Source: an uncultured bacterium
GTDB taxonomy: Bacteria > Acidobacteriota > HRBIN11 > JAKEFK01
Length of the DNA: 64,000 nt
Reading direction: 5' to 3'
Assembly (NCBI GenBank): GCA_963777505.1
Contig: CAVZQN010000003.1
Span: 160,001-224,000 of the forward strand
Under the pieces are notes generated by a model. That model made no database searches and had not been told where the DNA came from. It was given only the letters and a program-made list of their open reading frames with translations. This document shows, one piece after another, positions 8,503 through 18,484 of this stretch (the first letter of the stretch is position 1; every line of letters begins with the position of its first letter). Both the position numbers and the translations under genes were made by a program.

Positions 8503-10905
8503 ATGATTTCAAGCTGGAGATTTGTCTTGCGTTCGATCCTTCGACAGCCGGGCTTCAGCGCAGCGGTCATACTTTTGCTTGGCGCCGGAATTGTTTTGAA
8601 TACCGTTGCTTTTACAATTTTGAATACTGTACTGATTCGTCCACTTGCTTATCCGGAACCAGATCGATTAATGACGCTCTGGGAAGAGAACTTAAAAGAA
8701 GGCAAATTCGAAGGCATTGTGAACCCTGCGAATTATCTAGACTGGCAAACCCGAAGCAAGACATTCCAGAAAATTGCTGCGTATTTGAAATGGAATTCTA
8801 ATTTAACTGGAACCGGCGAACCGGAGCGAATTTCGGTAGGGCTTGTGAATGGAGATTTTTTTGAAGTTCTTCAAGTTCCGCCGCTTTTGGGCAACACGTT
8901 TACTCAATCGCAAATCGATCAAGATCTAAAGTTAGTTGTATTGAGCCATGGATTTTGGATCAGGCACTTCGGAGGTGATCCTGAAGTCTTGAACAAGAGC
9001 GTTCTCTTGAATGGAACAAAATTTCCAGTCCATGGCGTCATGCCTCAGAATTTTTCTTATCCCGATTCCGATGTTCAAATATGGCTTCCATATCGATTTG
9101 CACCTGAAGAACTGACTGTACGCACTGGAAATTATCTTCGTGTAATTGGAAGACTCAAACCGCATGTCAGTGTCGATCAGGCAAAATCAGAGTTAAAAAA
9201 TATTGCTTCACAATTGGAAAAACAGTATCCCGATACGAACAAAAATTGGAGCGTCCAAGTCATCCCGATGCACGAGCATCAGGTAGGCAACACGCGTCCG
9301 TTGCTTTTGATTCTATTCGGTGCCGTGGGGATGGTGCTACTAATTTCCTGCTCCAACGCCGCAAACCTTTTGCTAGCTCGCGCTACATCCAGAAGAAAAG
9401 AATTTGCAATTCGTGCGGCTCTTGGAGCCAGCAAGGGTGATTTGATCCGCCTGATGTTGCTCGAAGGTTTAGTCCTTTCATTAACAGCAGGCGTTTTGTC
9501 ATTCGTTCTGGCTTCTGTTTCGATTGATTCGATCGTTGCACTGATTCCATTAGAGATTCCACGGATCGGCGAAACTCGCGTTGACGGAACCGTTCTCGCT
9601 TTTACAACAGGAATCTCATTGCTGGCAGGACTTCTTTTCAGTCTTGTTCCAGCACTTTTCGGATTTGATGGAGATTTGCGCTCTGCACTGGAATCAGGCG
9701 GAAGAACAACCGAATCCGGAAAGGTAAAAAAGTTTCGCAGTGCCTTTGTCGGTTTTCAAATAGCATTAGCGATCATTTTGCTCACAGGATCACTCTTGTT
9801 TGTTAAAAGCATGTATAACCTCAATCGTGTTGATCTAGGATTCCAAGTTAAGAATCGTACGACTTTTCGTGTTTGGCTTCCCACTAAGCGTTATCCTGAC
9901 AACGAGCAACACGCAGTCTTCTTTCAGACTCTTTTGGAAAAACTGATTGCGATTCCTGGAATCAAAAATGCAGCAGCGATTCAGGATCTTCCGTTACGTA
10001 AAAATCGGATGCTATTTCCCATTCATTTGAAAGGAAAGCCATTGGCGCGAAAAGGTGAAGAAATGGAAATTGCGTATCGCACTTTTTCAGGAAACTACTT
10101 TCACCTGATGGGCATTTCCGTTCTACGCGGAATAGCTCCTGAAGGAAATGTGTCTACGAATCCGCCCGTTGTGTGGATCAACCAGGCTGCAGCCGATGCG
10201 TTCTGGCCTGGTGAAGATGCAGTTGGACAAAGTTTGCGGTTCGCTGAAGAAGATCGATGGCTCAAAATCGCCGGAGTTGTTGGAGACGTTAAGCATATGG
10301 GAGCAGAGGAAGATGAAGGCCCTGCACTCTATCAACCTCATTCACAAAAAACTTTTGCCTTTTTAAGCTGGATGACTGTGGTGATTCAAACGGATCCTGA
10401 AGTTCATGGCATTCTTCCTATGATTCGCACACGACTCCGTGAATTGGACCGAAATCAACCCATTTTCGATATCGCAACACTCGAAGGAATTTTTCATGAA
10501 GCTACTGAGCGTTCGCGATTTTCCACATCTCTCTTGAGTGCATTTGCTCTGCTTGCGGTTCTTCTGGCGTGTAGCGGAATTTTTTCAGTCGTTCAATATT
10601 CGGTTCTGCAGCGAACACGCGAAATAGGTATCCGTATGGCATTAGGTGCAAACAATCGAGAAATCCAACGGATGATGTTTAAAGAAGGAATTGTCCGGCT
10701 TTTAGCTGGCGTTGTGCCAGGGATTATCATTTCTGGTTTCCTGACTCATTTCTTTCGCAATATGCTTTTTCAGGTTGGACCAATGGAGTTCTACGCTCCT
10801 GTAGTTTCGGTTTTGCTGATTTCTTGCGCAGTGCTGATTGCTACTTATTTGCCTGCAAAACGTGCAGCCAAGACCGAATTAGTTACCGCACTGCACTACG
10901 AATAG
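8503..10905 (+). CDS. ABC transporter permease, duplicated MacB/FtsX type (ADOP-like), stand-alone
   Basis: 800 aa; PGFS...LGAGI, CSNAANLLLARA...EFAIRAALGAS, RTREIGIRMALGA, ALHYE end. Confidence 0.9.
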   Translation: MISSWRFVLRSILRQPGFSAAVILLLGAGIVLNTVAFTILNTVLIRPLAYPEPDRLMTLWEENLKEGKFEGIVNPANYLDWQTRSKTFQKIAAYLKWNSNLTGTGEPERISVGLVNGDFFEVLQVPPLLGNTFTQSQIDQDLKLVVLSHGFWIRHFGGDPEVLNKSVLLNGTKFPVHGVMPQNFSYPDSDVQIWLPYRFAPEELTVRTGNYLRVIGRLKPHVSVDQAKSELKNIASQLEKQYPDTNKNWSVQVIPMHEHQVGNTRPLLLILFGAVGMVLLISCSNAANLLLARATSRRKEFAIRAALGASKGDLIRLMLLEGLVLSLTAGVLSFVLASVSIDSIVALIPLEIPRIGETRVDGTVLAFTTGISLLAGLLFSLVPALFGFDGDLRSALESGGRTTESGKVKKFRSAFVGFQIALAIILLTGSLLFVKSMYNLNRVDLGFQVKNRTTFRVWLPTKRYPDNEQHAVFFQTLLEKLIAIPGIKNAAAIQDLPLRKNRMLFPIHLKGKPLARKGEEMEIAYRTFSGNYFHLMGISVLRGIAPEGNVSTNPPVVWINQAAADAFWPGEDAVGQSLRFAEEDRWLKIAGVVGDVKHMGAEEDEGPALYQPHSQKTFAFLSWMTVVIQTDPEVHGILPMIRTRLRELDRNQPIFDIATLEGIFHEATERSRFSTSLLSAFALLAVLLACSGIFSVVQYSVLQRTREIGIRMALGANNREIQRMMFKEGIVRLLAGVVPGIIISGFLTHFFRNMLFQVGPMEFYAPVVSVLLISCAVLIATYLPAKRAAKTELVTALHYE

Positions 10906-11269
10906 ACCGCCGCGTCATGATGAAGGCAATCGTCATAAACGTGTGAATCACAAGGAATAGTTTCATTGCGGGGCGTCCGCTGCCACTGAACACTCCCCAA
11001 ATATCCATGGCAGTTACACAACCAAAGCCAATGATATTGCCAATGACAACGGCATTAAGCGTCGCTGAAGGCTCCGCATTCCGAGTCAACCAGTTCAAAA
11101 CTGCGATTCCAAAAACCGGCCCACCGAAAATCCGGAGATAGGCGATCAGTGCGGGAGAGGCATCCGCTGGAACGGCGTCAATGCCTATCTTCTGTGGAAC
11201 TAACATGAACCCGATGCCGAGTATACCCAGGTAAATCGCTGATATCGTTAACACCATTTTGAGCTTCAT
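10883..11269 (-). CDS. Small 4-TM membrane protein
   Basis: 128 aa, four hydrophobic segments, AGGAGG RBS. Confidence 0.7.
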   Translation of the reverse strand: MKLKMVLTISAIYLGILGIGFMLVPQKIGIDAVPADASPALIAYLRIFGGPVFGIAVLNWLTRNAEPSATLNAVVIGNIIGFGCVTAMDIWGVFSGSGRPAMKLFLVIHTFMTIAFIMTRRSIRSAVR

Positions 11270-11420
11270 GCGCGATAGCCTCCTGTCTGAAAAATATGAA
11301 TTAGTGTCGCAGTGTCAATTTGAATTCAAGGGATAAAAGTTGCTTGATTCACGCAACGTCCGTTGCCAATTTTCATATCAGAGATTAACTGGCATCGTCG
11401 ACAAGTTTACTCCATTCAAT

Positions 11421-11436
11421 TGGCATAACGGTTGCA
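11421..11436 (+). promoter_or_regulatory. sigma54 -24/-12 promoter
   Basis: TGGCATAACGGTTGCA, GG-N10-GC, 40 bp upstream of ATG 11477. Confidence 0.75.
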
Positions 11437-11476
11437 AAAGCCCTTTGCGGGTTAATGACCCATAGGAGAAAAGCAA

Positions 11477-12457
11477 ATGAAGATCGCCAACAATATTCAG
11501 TACCTGAACATGGTAAAAGACTTAAAAAAAGCAGATGACAAATCGGATAAACTTCCTGATTCCATTGGAGAGACTCCGGATTTGTCGCAACCCAAAAAAC
11601 CTGAATCGAAGTTAGACAACGCAGCCAAATCGGAATCTGCGAAACTCAGTAATGCGGCGCAGGAGAACCTGACTCGGGTCCGCATTGATAATCAGATCGG
11701 TCAGAATCTTGATTTAAACAGGCTTCAAAATCTGAAAGAGCAACTGAAATCGATCGTTCCAGAAATAACGACCAGTCAACTCGAGCGTTTGATCGGCATC
11801 GGAATTAGTTCCGGATCAGCACAAAGTGTTGTCGATGGAATTCGAGGTATTGCCGATGGACAGGCTCGGGATCGAGCTACTGAGCTAACTGGAGGCAAAC
11901 TTGGCGATCTGAGAATGGTTGGCGGATCACTTGTCAGCGAGGATCCGAAAACAGAAGGAAGCAAAGATGGAAATACAGTGGAGAGTCCGAGTTTGAAAGA
12001 TATCATTATCAATTTCTTCCTAGGACAGGCGTCTGGCAGACAACAACCGATTCCGCTGCCGCCTACTCCGCCTGATCCTGAAACAGGTACGAATATGTGG
12101 AACGGTGTAACTTTCCTGAAAGACGTTTTAGGAACTGGAAGCTACGAAGATCATGTAAATAATCGTGGCGGTATCGATACGAATGGAACTCCGAATCCGG
12201 ATGCAGCAGATACGGGCGGGCCAACAATCATAACGCCTGAAATGCTGATCGGTATTGCAACGAGAAAAAATTCAAAAGGCGAACCCAATCCCGAATCTCA
12301 AGATGGCAGTGGTGGTCCTATCAATGAAACGAAAGCAAGCGGCGGTGCCACTGGACCTGCTGGCGAACCAGCGATGGAGATTGATAGTGCTGTTGTCACT
12401 TCCAGAGATGTTGATGCACTTCGGATCAGACTCGAATCAAAATTTATTAAGGCATAA
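11477..12457 (+). CDS. Hypothetical Gly/Pro/Ser/Asp-rich protein
   Basis: 326-aa ORF, AGGAG RBS, no recognisable domain, no Cys. Confidence 0.75.
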   Translation: MKIANNIQYLNMVKDLKKADDKSDKLPDSIGETPDLSQPKKPESKLDNAAKSESAKLSNAAQENLTRVRIDNQIGQNLDLNRLQNLKEQLKSIVPEITTSQLERLIGIGISSGSAQSVVDGIRGIADGQARDRATELTGGKLGDLRMVGGSLVSEDPKTEGSKDGNTVESPSLKDIIINFFLGQASGRQQPIPLPPTPPDPETGTNMWNGVTFLKDVLGTGSYEDHVNNRGGIDTNGTPNPDAADTGGPTIITPEMLIGIATRKNSKGEPNPESQDGSGGPINETKASGGATGPAGEPAMEIDSAVVTSRDVDALRIRLESKFIKA

Positions 12458-12464
12458 CAATCGA

Positions 12465-12493
12465 AACCACGGAGTCTCCGTGACTCCGTGGTA
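12465..12493. repeat. Periodic inverted-repeat element
   Basis: aaccacggagt ctccgtga ctccgtggta. Confidence 0.8.
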
Positions 12494-12570
12494 TTTCCAC
12501 GGCAAGGGTTGATTTTAATCGCGGGGGCTGCAAGCGTTGCATTGGCCTGCTCCGGGATTTTAATAGACTC

Positions 12571-12660
12571 TTCAACACGAAGCCACAAAAGCACTAAGTT
12601 TCACAAATAAATAATTTAATGTGTTAGTGAAACTTGGTGTCTCAGTGCCTTTGTGTTGAA
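12571..12660. repeat. Periodic inverted-repeat element overlapping the ftsH 3' end
   Basis: ttcaacacgaagccacaaaagcactaagtttcacaaa ... ttagtgaaacttggtgtctcagtgcctttgtgttgaa. Confidence 0.75.
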
Positions 12661-14547
12661 ACTGCTACTGAACAACAGCGATGTTGGGTAGTCGGCGGCG
12701 GGGATATCAAGTTCTTCAACGATCTTGAGCAGCTCATCTTTTTCAAGAGTTTCTTTCTCAAGCAGCGCGCCGGAAAGCATTTCAAGCTTTGAAATATTTT
12801 CTCTCAATGTGCCTGCAACCTGCTGATAAAGGTCATCAAGAATATTCTTAATCTCGATTTCTATTTCTCTTCCAGTCTCATCTGAAACGGAAGAGCCGGT
12901 TCCGAAACCACCCCTTCTTCTCAAGAAAGGTCCTGATTCTGTATCGGGAATACTGATAAGGCCGAGTCTGTCGGTCATGCCATATTCAATAACCATGCTT
13001 CTGGCATATTCGGTTGCTTTTTGAAGATCGTTTTGTGCGCCGGTAGAGATTTCAGTGAAAACAATCTCTTCCGCCGCTCTTCCACCAAGCATGACTTTGA
13101 TCCGGTTTGTCAATTCCGATCGTGTAATCAGATAACGATCTTCAGTTGGAGTTTGTAAGGTATATCCGAGTGCTGCATATCCACGTGGAATAATCGATAC
13201 ACGCGTCACCGGATCGGTACCCGGAAGTAATAACGCCATCAAAGCATGTCCGGATTCATGAACCGCAACGATCCGTTTTTCATGCACATTAATAAGGCGA
13301 TTTTTCTTTTCAGGTCCTGCGAGAATGCGATCGATTGCATCTTCCAGATCAATGGTATCAACCACTTCTTTGTTGCGTCGTGCCGCAAGAAGCGCAGCTT
13401 CATTGCAGATATTCGCAAGATCTGCACCCACAAATCCAGGAGTCCGTTGCGCAATAATGTCCAGATTCACATGTGGTGCCAGCTTCAGTTTGCGCGTATG
13501 CACTTTCAATATTGCAAGACGTTCTTTTAAGTCGGGCGCATCAACAACAATTTGACGATCAAATCGTCCAGGACGAAGAAGTGCTGTATCTAAAACATCG
13601 GGACGGTTTGTTGCTGCAATGATGATGACACCTTTGTGCGAATCAAAACCATCCATTTCAGAAAGCAATTGATTTAAAGTTTGTTCCCGTTCATCATGTG
13701 CGCCGATCATTCCACCTGCACCGCGGTGACGTCCGATTGCATCAATTTCATCAATAAAGATGATGCATGGCGCTTTTTTCTGAGCACGATCGAAAAGGTC
13801 GCGTACGCGCGCAGCACCAACGCCAACAAACATTTCAACAAAATCGGAACCACTTAAACTCAAGAACGGAACATTCGCTTCGCCTGCAGTGGCCCGCGCT
13901 AACAATGTCTTTCCCGTGCCGGGAGGTCCAACTAATAAAACTCCTTTTGGAAGCTTTCCGCCAAGTTTCTGAAACTTTCCTGGATTCTTTAAAAATTCCA
14001 CTAATTCGATCATCTCAATTTTGGCTTCTTCGCAGCCTGCAACATCAGCGAATGTTGTTTTCTCTTCAACTTCGTTGTACAGCTTCGCGCGATTTTTACC
14101 AAATGAAATGACTTGCTCTCCTGCGCCGCCAACTCGCCGAAGGATGTAACTCCAGAAAACAAACAACAATACAAAAGGCAAAACCCAGGTAAATAAGAAT
14201 TGCGTGATGCCGAAATTTCGATTTTCGCCTTTATACTCAACGCCGTTTTGTTCAAGGAACTCAATTATTTTTGGATCTTCGACTCGCGTCGTTGTAAACC
14301 TGACTTTTTTCCCTTCGTCATCGTTGTATTCGCCTTCAATCAGGTTTTTGGAAACTGTTACGGAGTTGATCTTGTTGTCTTTGACATATGATTTGAATTT
14401 GGAATATTCAAGCTCATTTCCTGTTGGCGAAAAAGAAGAAAACAAGAAATAGAGCATGATTACGACAAAAATTGCAGGGAAAAAAGAGTTCCTGAAGATT
14501 TGTTGGAATCGATTGTCCTTGTTTGGCGGACGATTTTGACCGTTCAT
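12616..14547 (-). CDS. ftsH: ATP-dependent Zn metalloprotease FtsH
   Basis: 2 TM segments, [35 protein letters not shown]. Confidence 0.97.
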   Translation of the reverse strand: MNGQNRPPNKDNRFQQIFRNSFFPAIFVVIMLYFLFSSFSPTGNELEYSKFKSYVKDNKINSVTVSKNLIEGEYNDDEGKKVRFTTTRVEDPKIIEFLEQNGVEYKGENRNFGITQFLFTWVLPFVLLFVFWSYILRRVGGAGEQVISFGKNRAKLYNEVEEKTTFADVAGCEEAKIEMIELVEFLKNPGKFQKLGGKLPKGVLLVGPPGTGKTLLARATAGEANVPFLSLSGSDFVEMFVGVGAARVRDLFDRAQKKAPCIIFIDEIDAIGRHRGAGGMIGAHDEREQTLNQLLSEMDGFDSHKGVIIIAATNRPDVLDTALLRPGRFDRQIVVDAPDLKERLAILKVHTRKLKLAPHVNLDIIAQRTPGFVGADLANICNEAALLAARRNKEVVDTIDLEDAIDRILAGPEKKNRLINVHEKRIVAVHESGHALMALLLPGTDPVTRVSIIPRGYAALGYTLQTPTEDRYLITRSELTNRIKVMLGGRAAEEIVFTEISTGAQNDLQKATEYARSMVIEYGMTDRLGLISIPDTESGPFLRRRGGFGTGSSVSDETGREIEIEIKNILDDLYQQVAGTLRENISKLEMLSGALLEKETLEKDELLKIVEELDIPAADYPTSLLFSSSFNTKALRHQVSLTH

Positions 14548-14622
14548 TACAGCACTAATATAATATCTTGATCAATTTATAGCAAAGGGTTTTTCCCGTT
14601 AATCGTAGAGAGCAAAGGAATT

Positions 14623-15093
14623 ATGCCGAATATGAAAACAGTAAAAAACTCCCATGTTGAGATGATTGAGCATGTATTTCCGAATGATGCCAATCCGCTG
14701 GGTAACATTTTTGGCGGACGCGTGATGCAGTTAATGGATATTGTGGGTGCTATTTCAGCGATGCGTCATGCTCGAAATGCCGTCGTTACAGCGTCCATGG
14801 ATTCACTGGATTTTAAACATCCGGTCTTTGTCGGGGAAATTCTGATTTTGCAGGCTTCTGTGAATTTCGTTGCCACGACATCGATGGAGGTTGGGGTCAA
14901 AGCAATGGCTGAAAACCCGTTGACCGGCGAACAGCGGCATACAAGCAGTGCCTATCTCACTTACGTTGCGATTGATGCATCCGGAAAACCGGTGCCTGTT
15001 CCGCCCATTGTCCCTGAAACCGATGAAGAAAAGAGGCGATACGCCGAAGCTCAAAAACGGCGTGAACATAGACTAGCGATGCGAAAGAGGTAA
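14623..15093 (+). CDS. Acyl-CoA thioesterase (hotdog fold, YciA-like)
   Basis: VFPNDANPLGNIFGG, VVTASMD, TSMEVGV, YVAID. Confidence 0.92.
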   Translation: MPNMKTVKNSHVEMIEHVFPNDANPLGNIFGGRVMQLMDIVGAISAMRHARNAVVTASMDSLDFKHPVFVGEILILQASVNFVATTSMEVGVKAMAENPLTGEQRHTSSAYLTYVAIDASGKPVPVPPIVPETDEEKRRYAEAQKRREHRLAMRKR

Positions 15094-15099
15094 GAAAAA

Positions 15100-15168
15100 G
15101 AAGATAGAGAATTGAGGATGGAGGATAGCGAGCTCTTGGCTATCCTCTATCTTCTATCCTCTATCTTC
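15100..15168. repeat. Inverted pair of 7-nt tandem repeats (GAGGATA/TATCCTC)
   Basis: gaagata gagaatt gaggatg gaggata gc ... gc tatcctc tatcttc tatcctc tatcttc, between convergent genes. Confidence 0.8.
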
Positions 15169-16088
15169 TCTTGGGCAAAGTATCCTTCGCGGTGACGGAC
15201 TTTGATATTGTTTCGTTTGCAAAGGATTTGTATCTTGTGCCAGCCGCCGTCCAATTTTTCTCGCGGTACTTTGTATCCTAATGAGTACTGACTCCTCATG
15301 CCTTTCCGCAGTTGCTCCATAATTCCTTCCAGTGATTTCAAACTTGTCGGAAAAAAGGCGTAACCACCGCTTGCTTCGGCGATCTTTTGAAGAATATATC
15401 TGCCGCGCATAGACTCGGAACTCAGTGACATTGTTCCAAATGAAAGCACAGTCACATCGGATGCCACCAGATTTGATAACACTTCATCCAGTCTCAACTT
15501 GCTTGCTGTATCTTCACCATCCGAACAAACGACAATTACTTTTCGGCCCCATTCATGCTTGATTTTGTCCATTGCAAAATAAATCGAATCTAATAACGCC
15601 GTTCCGCCGCCTTTTACTTCTTCAAAAAGTAAATCTTCTCTAAATGCTTTTATGTCTGATGTAAGAGGCGTCACTTCATCTGCGAATTCATTAAAAGCAA
15701 CTAACATCGTCTTGTCTTCAGGCTTTAGCTCATCAATCAACCTGAAAGCCGCATTCTTTACAATGTCGAGCTTTTGGTGTCCGGAAATTTTTTCAGCCAT
15801 GCTGTTGCTGGAATCAATTACAAAAGCAATCGTGAGAGGAACATTTTTTTCACCTAACTTATCGCTGGATTCAAGTGAGAAGTTTGCGAAGTTAGTAATC
15901 GCTTGTTCAACGCCATCTTCCTTCAAGATAAAATCTTGCGGCGTTAAGTCGGTGATGAACTGGCCTTTCTGATCCGTTGCGGTCAGATAAACATTAACAA
16001 GATCGACGTTTAGTCTTTCGTAGAAAGTTTGAGCGTGTATTTCAAAAGCGAGCAATATAAAAACGAGACTGCAAAACCGGGAAATCAT
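15147..16088 (-). CDS. Exported VWA-domain protein (VWFA-related Acidobacterial type)
   Basis: Signal peptide, VDLVNV, DSSNS MIDAS motif, GGTALLD, SDGEDTAS, QYSLGY, RHREGYFA. Confidence 0.88.
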   Translation of the reverse strand: MISRFCSLVFILLAFEIHAQTFYERLNVDLVNVYLTATDQKGQFITDLTPQDFILKEDGVEQAITNFANFSLESSDKLGEKNVPLTIAFVIDSSNSMAEKISGHQKLDIVKNAAFRLIDELKPEDKTMLVAFNEFADEVTPLTSDIKAFREDLLFEEVKGGGTALLDSIYFAMDKIKHEWGRKVIVVCSDGEDTASKLRLDEVLSNLVASDVTVLSFGTMSLSSESMRGRYILQKIAEASGGYAFFPTSLKSLEGIMEQLRKGMRSQYSLGYKVPREKLDGGWHKIQILCKRNNIKVRHREGYFAQEKIEDRR

Positions 16089-16140
16089 GGAATAGTTCTA
16101 CGATAGCATGATTTTCCAGAAAGCTCACGAATACGAGCTC

Positions 16141-16159
16141 CACCGCAAAGACGCCGAGG
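16141..16159. repeat. Periodic repeat element arm
   Basis: caccgcaaag acgccgagg. Confidence 0.55.
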
Positions 16160-16165
16160 AAAACC

Positions 16166-16636
16166 TTAGCCTTCTAGTAGACTACGGAGCATCCAGGCAG
16201 ACTTTTCATGAACCTGCATTCTTTGCGTTAACAAATCGTTAGTCGGTTGATCCTGCGCGCGATCCACGACTGGGAATACTGAACGTGCGGTTCGGACAAC
16301 AGCCTCCTGATCCTGAACAAGCTGCCGGATCATAGCTTTAGCATCGGGTACGCCAGTTTCCTCTTTCACTGTGGCAAGCTTTACGAAATCGCTGTAAGAA
16401 GCTGGTGCAAAAACCCCCAGTGCTCGAATTCTTTCGGCGATTAAATCTACGGCTTGAGCCAATTCTGTGTATTGTCTTTCAAACATCAAATGCAATGTTT
16501 CAAACATCGGACCCGTGACATTCCAGTGGAAATTATGAGTCTTTAAATACAACGTATATGTATCCGCCAAAAGTCTGGACAGACCGTGCGCAATTTCTTT
16601 TCGGTCTTGTTCAGAAATTCCAATATTGATATCCAT
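16166..16636 (-). CDS. dps: DNA starvation/stationary phase protection protein Dps
   Basis: [38 protein letters not shown]; start MDINIG with GGAGG RBS. Confidence 0.95.
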   Translation of the reverse strand: MDINIGISEQDRKEIAHGLSRLLADTYTLYLKTHNFHWNVTGPMFETLHLMFERQYTELAQAVDLIAERIRALGVFAPASYSDFVKLATVKEETGVPDAKAMIRQLVQDQEAVVRTARSVFPVVDRAQDQPTNDLLTQRMQVHEKSAWMLRSLLEG

Positions 16637-16657
16637 GATTTTTGCCTCCATGCAAGC

Positions 16658-17194
16658 TTAAGTGGTTCCCAATTTTTTTAATGCGTTAACGACAGAAGCA
16701 AGACGAGCAAGATCATGAATCTTATCTGCGCTTACACCTGCTTTTGTCAGTGCTTCTTCATGTGAGATAACACACGATTGGCATCCATTAATTACAGATA
16801 CTGCGAAAGCCAGCATCTCAAATCTTTCCTTGCCTAGTGCTGGACGCGCAAGTGAAGTCATCCGCAAACCGGCTGTTTGATATTCATCATGTTTGCCAAC
16901 CATGTAACGAAATTTGTAATACGTATTTAACATCGCCATAATCGCGCTGCTTTCTTCGGCTTCGCGGATCTGCTCAGGATTTACTCCGAGATCTGCGAGA
17001 CGCGATTTTGCAAATTCACGTAAAACCGGATATTCCACTGCAGTGGCTGTTGCAAGAAGCGTGCAGTATGCCTCTTCAGGACTTAAAGTGCTCTCTTCCA
17101 TTATTCGCCGGAAATTCAGCCGAATATCTTTTGCGATTGTACTTTCTTTCAACTCGATTGCTGGATCAAATGATGTAATCAATACTTCAATCAT
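16658..17194 (-). CDS. ahpD: Alkylhydroperoxidase AhpD
   Basis: AKDIRLN, IMAMLNTYY, AGLRM, FEMLAFAVSVINGCQSCVISHE. Confidence 0.88.
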   Translation of the reverse strand: MIEVLITSFDPAIELKESTIAKDIRLNFRRIMEESTLSPEEAYCTLLATATAVEYPVLREFAKSRLADLGVNPEQIREAEESSAIMAMLNTYYKFRYMVGKHDEYQTAGLRMTSLARPALGKERFEMLAFAVSVINGCQSCVISHEEALTKAGVSADKIHDLARLASVVNALKKLGTT

Positions 17195-17235
17195 AATAAT
17201 TTCTTGTCTCCTTATATATGTTAGGCCGGATCCTA

Positions 17236-17255
17236 GCCGCGTTGAAAAACGCGGC
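17236..17255. terminator. Hairpin between ahpC remnant and ahpD
   Basis: gccgcgtt gaaa aacgcggc, perfect 8-bp stem. Confidence 0.5.
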
Positions 17256-17265
17256 CCAATCCAAG

Positions 17266-17355
17266 TTAGACTTGCAACGTCGCTTCACCCTTTTCCCAAT
17301 TGCACGGGCAAAGTTCGTCAGTTTGCAGCGCATCCAGAGTCCGGATTACTTTGTA
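17266..17355 (-). pseudogene. ahpC: C-terminal remnant of peroxiredoxin AhpC
   Basis: Translates YKVIRTLDALQTDELCPCNWEKGEATLQV*, the typical AhpC C-terminus. An in-frame TAA (the end of a repeat element) lies immediately upstream and no N-terminal part is present. Confidence 0.85.
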
Positions 17356-17357
17356 TT

Positions 17358-17431
17358 AACCACGGAGTCACGGAGGACACGGAGTTAAATTCTTTTCTTA
17401 AAATCTCCGTGCTCTCTGTGTCTCTGTGGTT
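17358..17431. repeat. Periodic inverted-repeat element (full copy)
   Basis: aaccacggagtcacggaggacacggag ... ctccgtgctctctgtgtctctgtggtt. Confidence 0.88.
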
Positions 17432-17559
17432 TTCTTTTGCTTCTCGACACAATTTGTTTTCGATACCTGTCGCGATCTATCAAGATGCTAAATGTAATAT
17501 GGGGCTTTAGCCTTGATTTATCAAGGTGATTATTGTTATCTTAATGATAAGTAAAAGTT

Positions 17560-18483
17560 ATGAATCTTTCGGCAATTACTCTCAGGGATCTTGAATATAT
17601 CAGCGCCGTGGCGCAGCATTTACATTTCGGAAAGGCAGCCGCAGCTTGCAATGTCAGCCAGCCCGCTCTCAGTGCCCAGATTCGAAAGTTAGAGGATCAG
17701 CTTGGCTTTTCGGTATTTGAAAGGAATAACAGAAAAGTAGCAATTACAGATCGTGGAAGGCTTCTGGTGGATCAAGCGCGCGTCGTTCTTGAAGAAGCTC
17801 AAAAACTTGTAACCCTTTCGCAAAATGGAACTGAAGAGCCGGAAGGAATTTTACGTTTGGGTGCAATCGCTACTCTTGGTCCTTATTACATTCCGATTGT
17901 TCTTCCTTTATTCAAGAAGAAATTTCCTCGATTGCAGGTTGTGTTGCAGGAAGGGCTGACTGAGAATTTGCTGGAAGAACTAAAAGCCGGCAACCTCGAT
18001 ATGGTGGTTGCTGCGCGGACATTTGATGAATCCGGATTCCGAGTCTTTTCGCTTTTCGAAGAGCCATTTTTGTTGGCTGTGCCAAAAGATCATCCGTTAG
18101 GCCGGAAGGATCCGCTCAAACGAACGGATCTTGTTGGGAAAGAAATGGTATTGCTTGAAGATGGTCATTGTTTGCGTGATCAAGCGCTCGAGATTTGTCC
18201 GCCAAATCGTCGCGGGAACATCAGACAATTTCATGCGATGAGTTTAGAGACTCTACGTCAATTAGTTGCTGCGGGGATGGGTTACACATTGATGCCAAAA
18301 CTGGCTGTGACATCCGGCGATACGATGCGTGGATTGTTAAAGTATCGTTCGTTTAAAGATCAAACCATTGCCCGTGAAATTGTACTGGTCGTAAGAGACC
18401 GCTTTGCGCGAATGAGAGAAGCGGAAACCTTAGCCGAAATCTTGCACGCGCACGCTCCTTTTCACCGCAAAGATTCAAAGTAA
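17560..18483 (+). CDS. oxyR: Hydrogen peroxide-inducible LysR regulator OxyR
   Basis: LysR HTH (HFGKAAAACNVSQPALS), LLEDGHCLRDQALEIC with both redox Cys, divergent from ahpD/dps. Confidence 0.92.
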   Translation: MNLSAITLRDLEYISAVAQHLHFGKAAAACNVSQPALSAQIRKLEDQLGFSVFERNNRKVAITDRGRLLVDQARVVLEEAQKLVTLSQNGTEEPEGILRLGAIATLGPYYIPIVLPLFKKKFPRLQVVLQEGLTENLLEELKAGNLDMVVAARTFDESGFRVFSLFEEPFLLAVPKDHPLGRKDPLKRTDLVGKEMVLLEDGHCLRDQALEICPPNRRGNIRQFHAMSLETLRQLVAAGMGYTLMPKLAVTSGDTMRGLLKYRSFKDQTIAREIVLVVRDRFARMREAETLAEILHAHAPFHRKDSK

Positions 18484-18484
18484 C

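Noticed and set aside
17358-17431. Periodic repeats as a CRISPR or other guide array
   Set aside because: Units are 8-9 nt, arranged as inverted arms, with no unique spacers and no cas-like genes in the window.
17043-17510. 155-aa plus-strand ORF
   Set aside because: It is antisense to ahpD and the ahpC remnant and runs through a repeat element.
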